From the NCBI RefSeq assembly GCF_002113885.1, contig NW_018408421.1, forward strand, positions 6,694 to 70,693: a stretch of DNA of 64,000 nt, written 5' to 3'. The notes below the pieces were generated by a model. It was not told where the DNA came from. It worked only from the letters and a program-made list of their open reading frames with translations, and made no database searches. Both the position numbers and the translations under genes were made by a program. Positions 26,013 to 38,700 of the stretch are shown here, piece by piece. Origin of the DNA: Mizuhopecten yessoensis. Its lineage: Eukaryota. The stretch's first letter is position 1. Each line of letters starts with the position of its first letter.

Positions 26013-26233
26013 AGCCTCAATGGTCTGGCCCAGTGTTACCTTCACGAATTGATGAACACTTACAGCCCATTTCGATTTTTACGTTCGGAAACAGGGACAT
26101 TACTTAATGTTCCACGGACGGGCACCTTTAACTACGGCGGGGCACACTTTGACAAATTAGCCGCTTAAGTGTGGAACAGCTTCCGGTGAATTTGAGACTC
26201 TCAAAGTTTCTTGAAGCTTTCAGGAAAAGTCTG
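26013..26233 (+). mobile_element. L2/Crack-like LINE ORF2 C-terminal relic (probable 3' tail at 27972-28095)
   Basis: LNGLAQCYLHELMNTYSPFRFLRSETGTLLNVPRTGTFNYGGAHFDKLAA*VWNS / PVNLRLSKFLEAFRKSL; tail AAAGCGCTTTATAAAT...(ATT/ATC)n lies after the interposed transposon. Confidence 0.7.
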
Positions 26234-27967
26234 GCAACTGCAACACTTACTACACTATGAAACCGAGGAATATGATTTCTAAGTCTGTGTTGAAACTTAT
26301 TGAATCAGTAATTATTAAAAGTTAATTGCACACATGCCAATATTCAGAATTTAAATGAAGAAATATTTGTTGGCATCTCGGCATTATTTATAGACACCAG
26401 GAAATATCTAATACCGGAACGTGACCGTTACAAATGTGTACGGGGCTAAGCACCTTCCCTCAACAATGGGATAAACCTTTCTGTAAAAAGACGAATATCC
26501 CTTTTCAAATGTTTTCACAAAGTGTATATATGCATTGATAAGTAAAGAAAGAGAAACGATTGTGATTTTTTATTACATTGTACAACTCAATGTCTTTGGC
26601 AACTTGTTGTATAAGCCATGCATTATATATATTCATGTATACTATCTTTCCCACTTTCACTCTCTTCACATACGCTAACACTTAGTTTGCCATATTAGCC
26701 ATCACACACACTAGACATTTCTGGCAAAACCACTACGTGTACATGTAGAATATGTGTCAGATATGGAACGTGTTGAGATACTTGATACACTTTTAAATCT
26801 TTTCAATACTTTACATAGATTAAAGCATACTTGTAAATATACCTTTTATGTTGAGACAACTGTTCTTTAATCAGTTCTTTTTGTCCGAAACAGGAGCCGT
26901 AGTTATCGCCAGCACGCGTCATTTTTACAACGTAAACAAATGACTTTTCCCCCTTTTTCAATGTGTATTCCGATTCTACCCGAAGTCGAAAATAAATCAT
27001 TCATAGATAAAAAGTTGTTGCTTGATCAAATCATGAACTATTGAAACATTACGATTTAAAACAAAATTTTGTTATGCATCCTTAGTAGGTTTTCCTTCCT
27101 CAGTTATTCATCCTGAACTGTCATTTTGATATTTAAATCTTGCATGTAAATAAAAATGAAATCGTTTACTTCAGCAATATAATAAAATCATATCATTTTA
27201 CTGAACCCGGGAATATCATAAATCATGTAAATCTAATAGCGCACGTATTTCATTTGACCCCGAGTACCGACAGAGGAGAGATAGAACAGAATACGCCGTG
27301 GCCATCACAAGTTATCGCTTGGAGGGCCTCATAGCAAAATCAAACTAACCAGTCACTTATCCCTTCCTTTCGCCTAAACTACTGTATATAGAAACACAAA
27401 GTAAATTATCTCGGATACATGCCCATTAACATAACAAAATAAGTTCATCTGTGTTCAAACTTAGACAAAGATACGAGCGAGGTTAATAGTTTTAGGTATT
27501 TATTCACAACATAAACAGCATTTCTGTCGATTCTTTTTCAGCTTTTAACAGGTTATCCGGAAGAATACATGCACTGTTCTAACTGCTAGGGCAGTTATTT
27601 TCTACTTTGGATACTTCCCATCTGCAAAAATGATTCCGTAACGTAATCCTTGCACTATCTTTTGACAGTTTGGCAACTTTTCGCTTCGTAGCTGACGCGG
27701 TACAACGACTTTCTTTCGCTTACTTCCCAAGGCCAGTAATTTTGTTTGTAAAGAAATGGTGTGCTATGCGCATGCGCTAGTAGAGGGAAATTTCTGAACA
27801 AAACGTTAATCAGCAGGTAGAAATCCCGATGATTATCTTAATATTATTTTTATGAATATATATCGGCCAAATCCGATCGTTATTTTCCACAAGGAGACTC
27901 ACTTAATATGTTTATGTAGTATTTGAAAAAAAAACAAAAAAAATATACACTTCACCGTGATGTCCCT
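26232..27967. mobile_element. Second, left-truncated copy of the Kolobok-like element
   Basis: 26232-26530 matches 23844-24265; 27720-27967 matches 24541-24792; ends GATGTCCCT-TTAA. Confidence 0.7.
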
Positions 27968-28429
27968 TTAATTGTATAACTGTATTATTTTTGTTCTATA
28001 CATTTTTTTTTTGTATATTATAAACAGCTCTACAGCTGCTAGGTTCAGCAGGATAAAGCGCTTTATAAATGGCTAATATCATTATTACTATCATCATCTT
28101 TTCACCCAAAGGATCTGTCTGGCTTTCAGTACCAACCTTGTACTGTAAATCAAGGGCGGAGAATACCGATTTATAGAATATAATGTAAATACATACTCAG
28201 TATATAAAGAAACGTTGATATGTCTCCTTATTAAAAGAACAATGAAATAGAATAAAGTAAAATAAGACATTGTAAAATGACGCTTTAGTTGTTGGTAGTT
28301 CAACTGGGCGAGAAATATTGATTGGAAAGATTTCCTGTTGTTTAAATATTTCATACTTGACATTTGCTACATCGGGTTTCATTTCCATGATAGGAAGAGG
28401 ACAGAGGAGAAGCTATTAGAATGTTCCAT

Positions 28430-28810
28430 TTCGTCAAATAAAAGTTGCGCAATGTTTGGGTTACTCTGTTGGTCGACTCATAATCAATTGCACCAGTTTA
28501 ACCACACTGGGTCGACAACTGATGACCATCCCAGATCGGGCAGATTACATGTCAATACCTCTCATGAGGACTGTCACATGAGGCCACGTCCGTCGACAAA
28601 AAGGGTTTCTGTAAGCCATTGTCATTGAAAGAATAATTATTTGGTTACTGTTTAAGTGGCCTAACCATACACATCCGTTTCAAGTCGATTGATTTACACG
28701 TGCGAAGGCAACAAACAACTTCCCAAGGCATCAAAATATAAACCTAACTTGGCACATTGCAAATAGTTGTTACGGCAATAGAATCACTTTCTTTTCTGTG
28801 ATGAGTCGTT
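28430..28810 (+). mobile_element. Tc1/mariner transposase relic (paralogous relic at about 46790-46990)
   Basis: QFNHTGSTTDDHPRSGRLHVNTSHEDCHMR resembles the Tc1 TGSxxDRPRSGRPR motif; FCDES-like motif near 28800. Confidence 0.6.
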
Positions 28811-29617
28811 GTGTAAGCCAACGTGATTAGAGTTAAATAAAGAACAACTAAATCGAAGAAAACGTTTTGCAGACTGTTGCGTCCGCGACCAAGTTTTGTA
28901 GAAGTAACATCTGCAGTGGTAATCGCAATTTACATCTTTTAGCATTAGTGTCATGAAGCCAGGATTTTTTTTCTAAGACAGCCAAACTCTGCACATAGTG
29001 TGCTATGGCATATTGGAATTCTTCTATTAAGTACCCAACCAACAATCATAGACCCGTAAAAGCAATCAGGTATGACCGGTTACTATCCTACTGCTTAGTA
29101 ATATATGGGGTATACCACGATCTTAAACAATGCATAGTGTTATATTCAAAGGGAAAACAAGTAACGTTTCAGTATTGTTGAGTATCAAATGAAATACAAT
29201 ATTTCACTTGAAAACTATTTTAGTCTAATTTTCCATAGGCGACAGTACACATTTAGTGCATTTGTTCCTGAAGATGATTTTGAAGTGAGAGTATATCACA
29301 CTACAAATATCTATTGTGTAGTGTCAGGATATGATATTACGATGGCGTAAGATAGTTTACAGAATATTGATATCTGCGTATGGATTTTATCTATAGTTAT
29401 ACATCATACCCTAACAATTAGAAGGAAGGGAAGGGGAGAAAATCACAGGTAACAAACATCTACAATTTCCAAACAAATGCCATTAGGACTGATATAATTG
29501 CCCATTTATCATAAAGTTTAGATAAACATTGATAATTTTGCTATTATCATGCAATTTCCACGGTAAACGTTATTAACCTATAGTTGGTTGCTCAAGACAA
29601 ACACTCCTAATTGACAC

Positions 29618-29625
29618 TGACGTCA
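29618..29625. promoter_or_regulatory. CRE/ATF palindrome TGACGTCA upstream of exon 1 (also 49194-49201 and 51302-51309)
   Basis: Perfect octamer at the homologous position in all three exon-1 copies. Confidence 0.4.
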
Positions 29626-29705
29626 TAAAATCATTTTGCCATAGCTGGTCTCCACCACCGACTGCTATATGGAAGGCTACAGTACATTGGTTTAGGATTC
29701 ATAAG

Positions 29706-32700
29706 ATGGAGGCCGTGCTGCAGATTTTTGTTCTTCTTTCCATGGCGACTTTGTCCTTTGGTAAGTTGTTAAGATACATACTTGAATTTAATGTTTTTAA
29801 CATGTTCATCAGTTGGATACATTGGTTACTTTTGTAGAATATATTTTCGACTTTTACCTCGTTGATGATCCACTTCATGACATTCATCTATAACAGCACA
29901 GCGATCGTCTCATAATTATGTATATGCGGTTATGGTTGACCTAGAAGTTCGATTTAATTATTTTCTCTGGGACTTAAAAATGTGTAAAGATACTTGAGAC
30001 AGCTTGTGAACGTAAAAGTTAAGATATATAAAGTTAACCTACCACTCAAACGTCATATAATGTAGGTACTATTTGTATGTTGGGAACTTTTCTCAGATAT
30101 TTGAGCGGATCCCAATCAGTTTGTGGTATTCCTGTTCATTGCATTACTTTTATTAGTAGATATTGTGTAACAGAAGTATAATATCATTTATGTATATATT
30201 TCACCCTGGTAAATTATTAGCAGCCTCCTGCCTACTGGGCTAGAGTGTAAAATTTTGTCACGCGCATTCGGTAGAGCGTAAGACTAGCAATCAAGAGGTC
30301 CAGGATTCGATTACTGGTGAAGGATGAACAAATAATGACCTCCGTTATATATATATTCCTACAAAAAATAGCGTCGTACCTGAAAATGAGTGGCATCCAC
30401 CTGCCACGTGAGCTTTTTATCCTACAACTTTCTGCCATTCATTTGTTGAGTGAACCGATGTGTAATACATTTGCTGAGTGAACCGATGTGTAATACATTT
30501 GTTGAGTGAACCGATGTGTTATACATTTGTTGAGTGAACCGATGTGTTATACATTTGTTGAGTGAACCGATGTGTTATACATTTGTTGAGTGAACCGATG
30601 TGTAACACATTCGTTGAGTGAACCGATGTGTAATACATTTGTTCAGTGAACCGATGTGTAATACATTTGTTTAGTGAACCGATGTGTAATACATTTGTTG
30701 AGTGAACCGATGTGTAATACATTTGTTGAGTGAACCGATGAGTAATACATTTGTTGAGTGAACCGATGTGTAACACATTTGTTGAGTGAACCGATGTGTA
30801 ATACATTTGTTGAGTGAACCGATGTGTAATACATTTACTAGGTATTTATTTGTCTAGAGAACTGGTTTGTACACGCGGGTGTCTAGTGAAAACATGGCCG
30901 TTCAACTGTGTCCAGAGGGTCAGTAGTCGTATATCTGTGTAGAAAACTGTCCACTTTTATTTAAGAGAATGTTCCACACATTGTCCACTTTCTTAGTTGA
31001 CCCACAATATTTAAACAATCAAAACGTATATTTAGTTAACACAACTCCGGGAAACATAGGAGATTTTACCCTGGTGTTTCGTGTAAACAGTAACCTATAT
31101 TTTATTTTGGTTTGGAAGTAAATGAAGCGCCTTGATCAGGGCGTCTTCAATGACAAGGTAGCTCATATAAAATCGAGTTACAGGGTCGATTCCTAGTCTA
31201 GTTCCGTTATTTGTTTTCACTCAGAAGAGTGTCGTTAATTTTAATTATTTTCGTCTTTGTCATTTTGCGATCAAAAGTCCTGCAAAATATTGTGTTCTTT
31301 GTGGAAAAGAATGATCAGACCTGAAAACGTGTCGAACGGTTTCCGAGTTATATTCAATATTTTGGCAGTGGTATGGGGATCCTTTAAAGAAAGTTACACA
31401 TGGAAGAAATTTAATCCTTTCAGCAGGATGTGGTCCTTGTGAATACGACCTGGTGACCGGACCCTACGGTGTGTCCGACGAGGCAATCACAGCGTCATCT
31501 ACCCACAGTCACTGCTCTTTAGTAAAAGCCAGATTCAGCAGTTCCAACAGCTGGTGTCCCCTTCATACTGGAGTTGGACATTATTTACAGGTAATGCTGG
31601 ACATGAATAGATTATGATGAAACACTATTTACAGGTAATACTGGGCAATTTTTCAAGTGATGATGAACACTTTTACAGATAATATGAGACATTATTGACA
31701 TGTAACTCTCCTCTTGGTTTTAATAATATTCTAGTAAAAAAATCGAAAGTTTTTAAACATACAGAGCAAAATATTGTATTCAAGAAAATTTCTTTTTATA
31801 CATATTTAACAATATTTACTATCGCATAAGGCATAATGTACTTGTAACTTCCCTCTTGGTTTCACTATTTCTTTTAGTAACACAATACGTAACATAATAA
31901 TTACATTCTAGAGTATATAGATCCATTACAATCACTACTAAAATACGGATGCAGTAGGAAAACACGTCTTCGAAAAACTAATAAGTGGAATTAGAAAGCC
32001 ATATCATGTAAATATTGACAATGCATCATAAAGTTATTTCGTCATCGATTTAAGTCTAATGAAATTCATGTTCAATGTGAAACAAATTTTAAAAAAGGAA
32101 AATGTATTTAAATCCCCGTTTACCATAACAAATAAAGAACATATGCTTAAAACAACTAATTTCTATTTAAACTAGTATTTAATGGTAACCGCAACAGAAT
32201 CAATTACAACTACAAGGCTACGACTTTTTAAGTTCATGGTGTATCATCATAAATGCATTTTAATGTACTAAGAATGGTTACCTGTTTTTCCCATACACAG
32301 GTGGAGTTTCGATCCGTCTCATTGCTGAAGGCAATACAGACTAAGGGACGGGGAGACACTAGTCAGTGGGTGACGTTGTACAATGTCAATATCAGTATGG
32401 ACGGACTCACCTGGACGTCCTTATCGAACTCTTCAGGCGACGTAAAGGTAACAATGTTCTTTTGAGGTCATGCGCAGCTATGCAAATCAAAAGATGGTCG
32501 AATTGTCTTGTGCCTCTTTAATGTAGATATTTAGAGGAAAACATATTTTGATATCTTGAACTACTTTCCTTGAGACTATATGAATTGAGAATGAAAAACT
32601 ATACGAAACTTAAACACCAAAGTCATATTTTCAAAATAATGACAGTCTAGAAAAATTGACAACCAGATGTGTGTCAGTTTGTTCCATATTCTAGTTGACA

Positions 32701-35700
32701 TTCATTTTTATTTTAAATATGCTATTTAACTAATCTAAAGCAGAGTCAGTGAAACTAGCACCAGTGTTGAACGTTCTCGCTATGATAAGATCACATGAAG
32801 ACGGTTGTCTGGGGAGACAGCGTCAAAAAATGGCACGTAGGGGAGTCTCCGACGTAACCACAAGATTCTATAGAAAGTCCAACATTGGTGGCAATTTATT
32901 TTAAAAACGCCCCCTAATCCTCATGAAAACCAGAATCCAGGTAACTACTGCCGGGTATACCAGGGGTTTGTTTCCTAGCTCAATACTTTGTAAATTTGTC
33001 TTTTAATAACATAACATAGATGAAGCAGTAGACAATAAACTGATTTGGAAATTGTCCAGTTTTCGACCGTTTTCCAGAAGGAAATGATACGAAATACACA
33101 GGGAAAAATTGAAGGGTCGTTGGGAGTAACTTAAAAGAGGTTTGTATTGGGAAATCCATTTGATTCGAGGCTGTCACGCAAGGCTGTCGTCAACTGCATG
33201 CATATCCAAAAAATGTAGTTTGACCGCGGAACACGATTTTTTGAGGAAAAGGAGATCATGTCTGCAGAAAGAGAATATATTCTACTTGGAGATAGGAGGT
33301 TTATAAAAGAAAAAAAATCCATATTTGAAAGCAGTCTTTTTGTATATCAACTTATATTGTTCATGCAAAGTTCGGTTGGTCTGATCTGTCTTCATTGAGG
33401 GCTATCCTCCCTGTTCGTTTATACCATCAATTGTTACGGTGTTTTAACCAACCAAAAGTTAAATTAAACCGCTAAAACCTTTAATTTCTTTCTGAACACA
33501 TTAGTTTAGGTCCAAACATAGCTAATCTGTAACAAATTCTTAGGTCCCTCTTCTTAGAAACACAAATGCTACCAAATGCTGTATCCATTTCAGCATCTGG
33601 ATCATTTGGGATCGTTAAGTTCCTCTGTTTTGTTTCCGTTTTGTTTTCATTTCCAAGCGCATATTTGACTTTGCCTCAGTGTTCCACTTGAGGTTAAAGC
33701 GTTGACCAAACCGGGGAAGGCTGTGGGCTCTGTTCCATGACAGAGACAAAACAAAAGTCCTTAAAATTGTTACATGCTCATCTTTTGATAAGTAGCAGTA
33801 AGAACAGGTTTACATATTGTCAATATAATTTAACCAGGTGGAATATTGTGCAGGGCGCATTCGGCATGCAATTTCAGTAAGGTGGATACTCTGAAGGTGT
33901 AATTTGATCCACGCTGTCGCAAAGAGTAAAATACACCAACATATTAACTCCAGCACCATACCAACGTAGCCCACACAGACTGACTGGCCACAGCTGTTAG
34001 TAAGATGCTGAATTCGAAAACAAGAGGCTCAATGGTATTAATCTCACACTTGTAACCTTAACAGTAGACCAAAATAAAGCGCTAATACTAATAAAAATTT
34101 GCTCCCAAATTCAATATGGCCGCCTACCGGCTATTTTGGTTTTCCAATCATCCCCAAAATTCACAATACATGACAAGAGACCATAGGAAACCTTGATGTG
34201 AAATTTGAGAAAGATCCTTCCTGTACCTTCTGAGAAATAGCGCTAGCAAACTAAACCAAACCTTTCTTTCATATAATGCTGAGATATATATTCCACCATA
34301 ATATTCAAATATATGTCGATCTTATTCGTTCTACAAATGAAAGTTTTTTTCGTGTCTACGTTATGTCCATAATATATCAGGTGACCTGGATGATACTTTT
34401 TTTCCTTTTTTTCATGTCCGACTTCATGGGCAGTTGTCTTTTTTTTTTTTTTTTTTTCAACCGATTAGGGAAGACCAACATTTGACAGATTTACGAACAC
34501 TTTTTTAAGTCACCTTCCAGGTTGGTTCAACGGAACATTCTGACAATGAGCCTGACATGTTTAAAGAAGATTTAGAAGTTAAATAAAAAGCATGCTTATT
34601 TGTCTTCAAGCCAGTCTTTAATTACATGTAAAATTAAATGTGAGTACTTTCATTCGAAAAAAGGTAACCATTTCAGTTGCCCACTTGTTTAGATTTGCGA
34701 CGGGAATTCTTTGAAGAGTGTTGATCTGTTGGAAAATAACATAGGCAAGCGCATGGTCTATCCTCCAACAAAACATTACGATTAACCAATGAAAAGCTTC
34801 GTAACATTGAGGACTGTGGTATCTGTCTATTGTATATATTCAGTCAGGTAAAGGGACATAACTCGTCCATACTCGCCATCTGTTATATGTGGAACTCTCC
34901 AATGTGAAGTTAATAAATTATGTTGAGTGGAATGGAACACATGTGTTGACTGGATCTAATATGTACAAGAACGAATCAGGTTCAATCCGGGGATGGGCAA
35001 GTCATCCAAACATATGAAGCACGTTAGATGCTACAATTGGCGACGAGGATAAAAACTGTATACATTTAATTGGTTAAAATGGCGACATACATGGAAATTG
35101 GAGGTATTCCAAATTTTGATTGCCACGGAGATTCGTCCGCCATTTCTCAACGATGGAGAAAGTGGAAAAGGGCATTCGAACTGTTTGTTGTGGGCAAGGG
35201 TATAACAGATCTTACACAGAAAAGGGCGTTGTTACTCCATTGTGCCGGGATGAGAGTGCAGGAAATATTTGACACACTCGCGGACACAGGAGAAGATACA
35301 GATTACGACAAGGCTGTACAGAAGCTGGGAGAGTACTTCGCGCCACAAGGAAACATTTCATTCGAGAGACACCAGTTTCGGCAACTCAAACAGGAGTCTA
35401 GTGAGTCAGTTGAACAATTTATAACGAGGTTACGCGATAAAGCCATGACATGTGAATTCGGAGATGGTAAAGACGACCAGATCCGTGATCAGGTTATCGA
35501 CAAGTGTAAGTCGACACATCTACGGAAGAAATTTCTGGAAAAGGGAGGAACATTGACCCTCACAAAAATGCTGGAAATGGGTAGAGCGCATGAAGCAGCA
35601 GAGAGACAGGCAGCAGTAATGCAGGAAGAAACTGTACACGCAGTTTATGAGAAAAGGAAAGGACACAAACCAGGTTACCAGGGGGCTGACCGTTTCAATA

Positions 35701-38700
35701 CAAGTAGTCAAGGTAACAAATCTCAAGCATGCTTCCGGTGTGGGAGACAGGGACACTATTCAAAAGATAAGGAATGTCCAGCCAGGAATAAGAAATGCAA
35801 TAAATGTCATAAAATGGGACATTTCCAGAAGTGTTGTAAGACAAAGGGAGGTAATCCAGGGAATGGCCGATCACAGGAACGTACGGTGAAATATGTACAA
35901 GATCAGGATTCGGTTGAGTTAACTGACTACGTTTTTAGTGTTGTTAAAGAACCAGTTGGAGAACAGGTTAGTGTGATAGTTGGAGGTGTGCCGATATCAT
36001 TTACTGTTGATTCAGGGGCAGGTGTTAATATGATAGACCGAGAACTCTGGGAAAGTCTGAAAAAGTCAAAGATAAACTGTGTAAGTAACAATACTGACAA
36101 GAAATTGTTTGCTTATGGAAGTACCAAGCCACTGCCTTTAGCAGGATGTTTTGAGGCTGATGTCATACTTGGAAACAAGATGGTACCTAGGGTGATGTTT
36201 TATGTTTTGGAGGGAACAGGCCAACCACTACTAGGCAAGATGACTGCTATAGAATTAGGAGTTCTACATGTGGGTACTGGGCACATTAATTCCGTTGAAC
36301 ATGATATCAGTAAGGCTGAACTTATGAAGAAATACCCTGAATGTTTCACAGGAATTGGGAAATTGAAAGACTATCAAATGACTATAGCACTGGACGACAC
36401 AGTTACGCCAGTTATTCAACCATTGCGGCGTATACCCTACCATTTACGTGACCGACTTGAGAGCAAAATACACGAGCTGGAGTCATTAGACATTATTGAG
36501 AAAGTCGAGGAACCCAGTGCATGGGTAAGTCCAGTTGTTATTATTCCCAAGTCAAACGGGGATATTAGACTTTGTGTTGACATGCGAAGGGCCAATGAAG
36601 CTGTAATTCGTGAACGGTATCCGATACCAACTGTAGATGAAATACTACAGGACCTGAATCAGAGCAAGGTTTTTTCAAAACTTGATATTCGCTGGGCGTA
36701 TCACCAGATTGAGCTAGCCCCAGAGTCACGTGGTATTACAACATTCCAAACTCACTTAGGCATGTATCGGTATAAACGACTAATGTTCGGGATCAGCTGT
36801 GCCCCTGAGCTCTACAACAAAATCATACAACAGGTTCTGAGAGAGTGTCCAGGTGTCAACAGTATATTTGACGACATTGTTGTTCACGGAGAAACACAGG
36901 GTGAGCACAACAAAAACTTGGACAAACTGTTACAAACCTTACGTGAGAAGGGCTTGACATTGAATTTGGACAAATGTCAATTTAATATGTCACAGATTAC
37001 ATTCATGGGACATGTACTTTCAGAGCATGGAATCAGTCTCGACGAGGACAAAGTCAAAGCGGTCGTGAACGCGAGACAACCTTCAAATGCTGGAGAAGTA
37101 AGAAGTTTCCTAGGCCTAGTCAATTTTAGCTCCAGATTCTTACCCAACCTGGCAACTGTATCTGAACCCTTACGACAGTTAACCCGAAAGGATGCACCAT
37201 TTAATTGGGGTCCAACTCAGGAACAGTCTTTTAAGAAACTTAAGGCGATGTTGTCAAATGCATGTGTTTTGGGATATTTTGACCCAAAAGCCAAGACGCA
37301 GGTTATCGCTGACGCGTCACCTGTGGGATTAGGAGGAGTGCTAGTACAGGAGCAGGACAATCACACACGTGTAATTTGTTACGCGAGCCGTAGTTTGACA
37401 GACATTGAGCGGAAATATTCACAAACCGAGAAGGAGGCCTTAGGACTGGTCTGGGCATGCGAAAGGTTCCATATGTACCTATATGGACAGGAATTTGAAC
37501 TTGTTACAGATCACAAACCTCTACAGTTCATTTTCTCACAGAAATCCAAACCCTGTGCTCGTGTAGAACGCTGGATTTTGCGGCTACAGTCCTATACCTA
37601 TACTGTCAAGTATATACCTGGATCTCAAAACATCGCAGATTGTTTGTCTAGATTGATTTCAAAGTCTTCTGATGGACCATCACATCATGATACTGAGACC
37701 TACATCAAGCAAATTGCAGAGTACTCAACTCCAGTTGCTATGACAACACGCGAAATCGAACGCGCCTCGGATAATGACCCGGAACTAGAAGCTGTTAGAA
37801 ACTGTATTGTAAACGGCAAGTGGTCAGAGATTCCCTACAAAGAGTATCTACCTGTAAGGTCTGAACTGTGTGCTATAGGAAAACTTGTGTTACGTGGGAC
37901 GCGGATTGTGATTCCCAAGTCGCTGCGTGAAAGTGTACTGAACGTAGGTCATGAAGGACACCCGGGCATAGTTGCCATGAAACAACGAATACGATCAAAG
38001 GTATGGTGGCCTAAAATGGACATACACATTGAAAAACATTGTCAGTCATGTTATGGATGTCAGTTGATGGCTAAACCATCAAACCCTGAACCTATGGTTA
38101 GGACCGAGCTACCCTCAGGTCCTTGGCAGGATTTGGCTGTGGATTTTTTGGGACCTCTCCCAAGTGGTGACAGTTTATTTACCTTAGTTGATTACTACTC
38201 AAGGTGGGTCGAGGTCACTGTGATGAAGTCGACTACTACTGACAAAGTCATCGCAAGTCTGAAAACTACATTTGCCACTCATGGGATTCCAACTTCAATC
38301 CGTACAGACAACGGTCCACAATTTATCAGTGAAGAATTCAAGCAATTTTTACAAGAATATGGTATAATTCATAAACGTACCACACCACTATGGCCTCAAG
38401 CCAATGGTGAAATTGAAAGACAAAATCGATCCCTGTTGAAGAGACTCAAAATTGCACAACAGGAACAGAAGGATTGGAAAACAGAGTTACAAACCTATTT
38501 GATCATGTACAGGTCTANATATGAAGCACGTTAGATGCTACAAGGACGTGGTGGAATTTTGCGTGATCATGGGCTTACATTATTAATAATATATGATTAA
38601 ATATCCTCCCTTCTTTATAATATATAGGTGTTTTCCGGAAACTACGACAGCAATACAGTCGTAACCAATGTCGTAGAAGGAACTGTCGTCGCCAAGTACA

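Noticed and set aside
30440-30835. CRISPR-like 28-bp repeats
   Set aside because: Head-to-tail with no spacers, no cas genes, eukaryotic intron.
38519-38534. Gag-Pol C-terminus YEAR-stop
   Set aside because: Comes from LTR sequence joined across the single N; not the real terminus.
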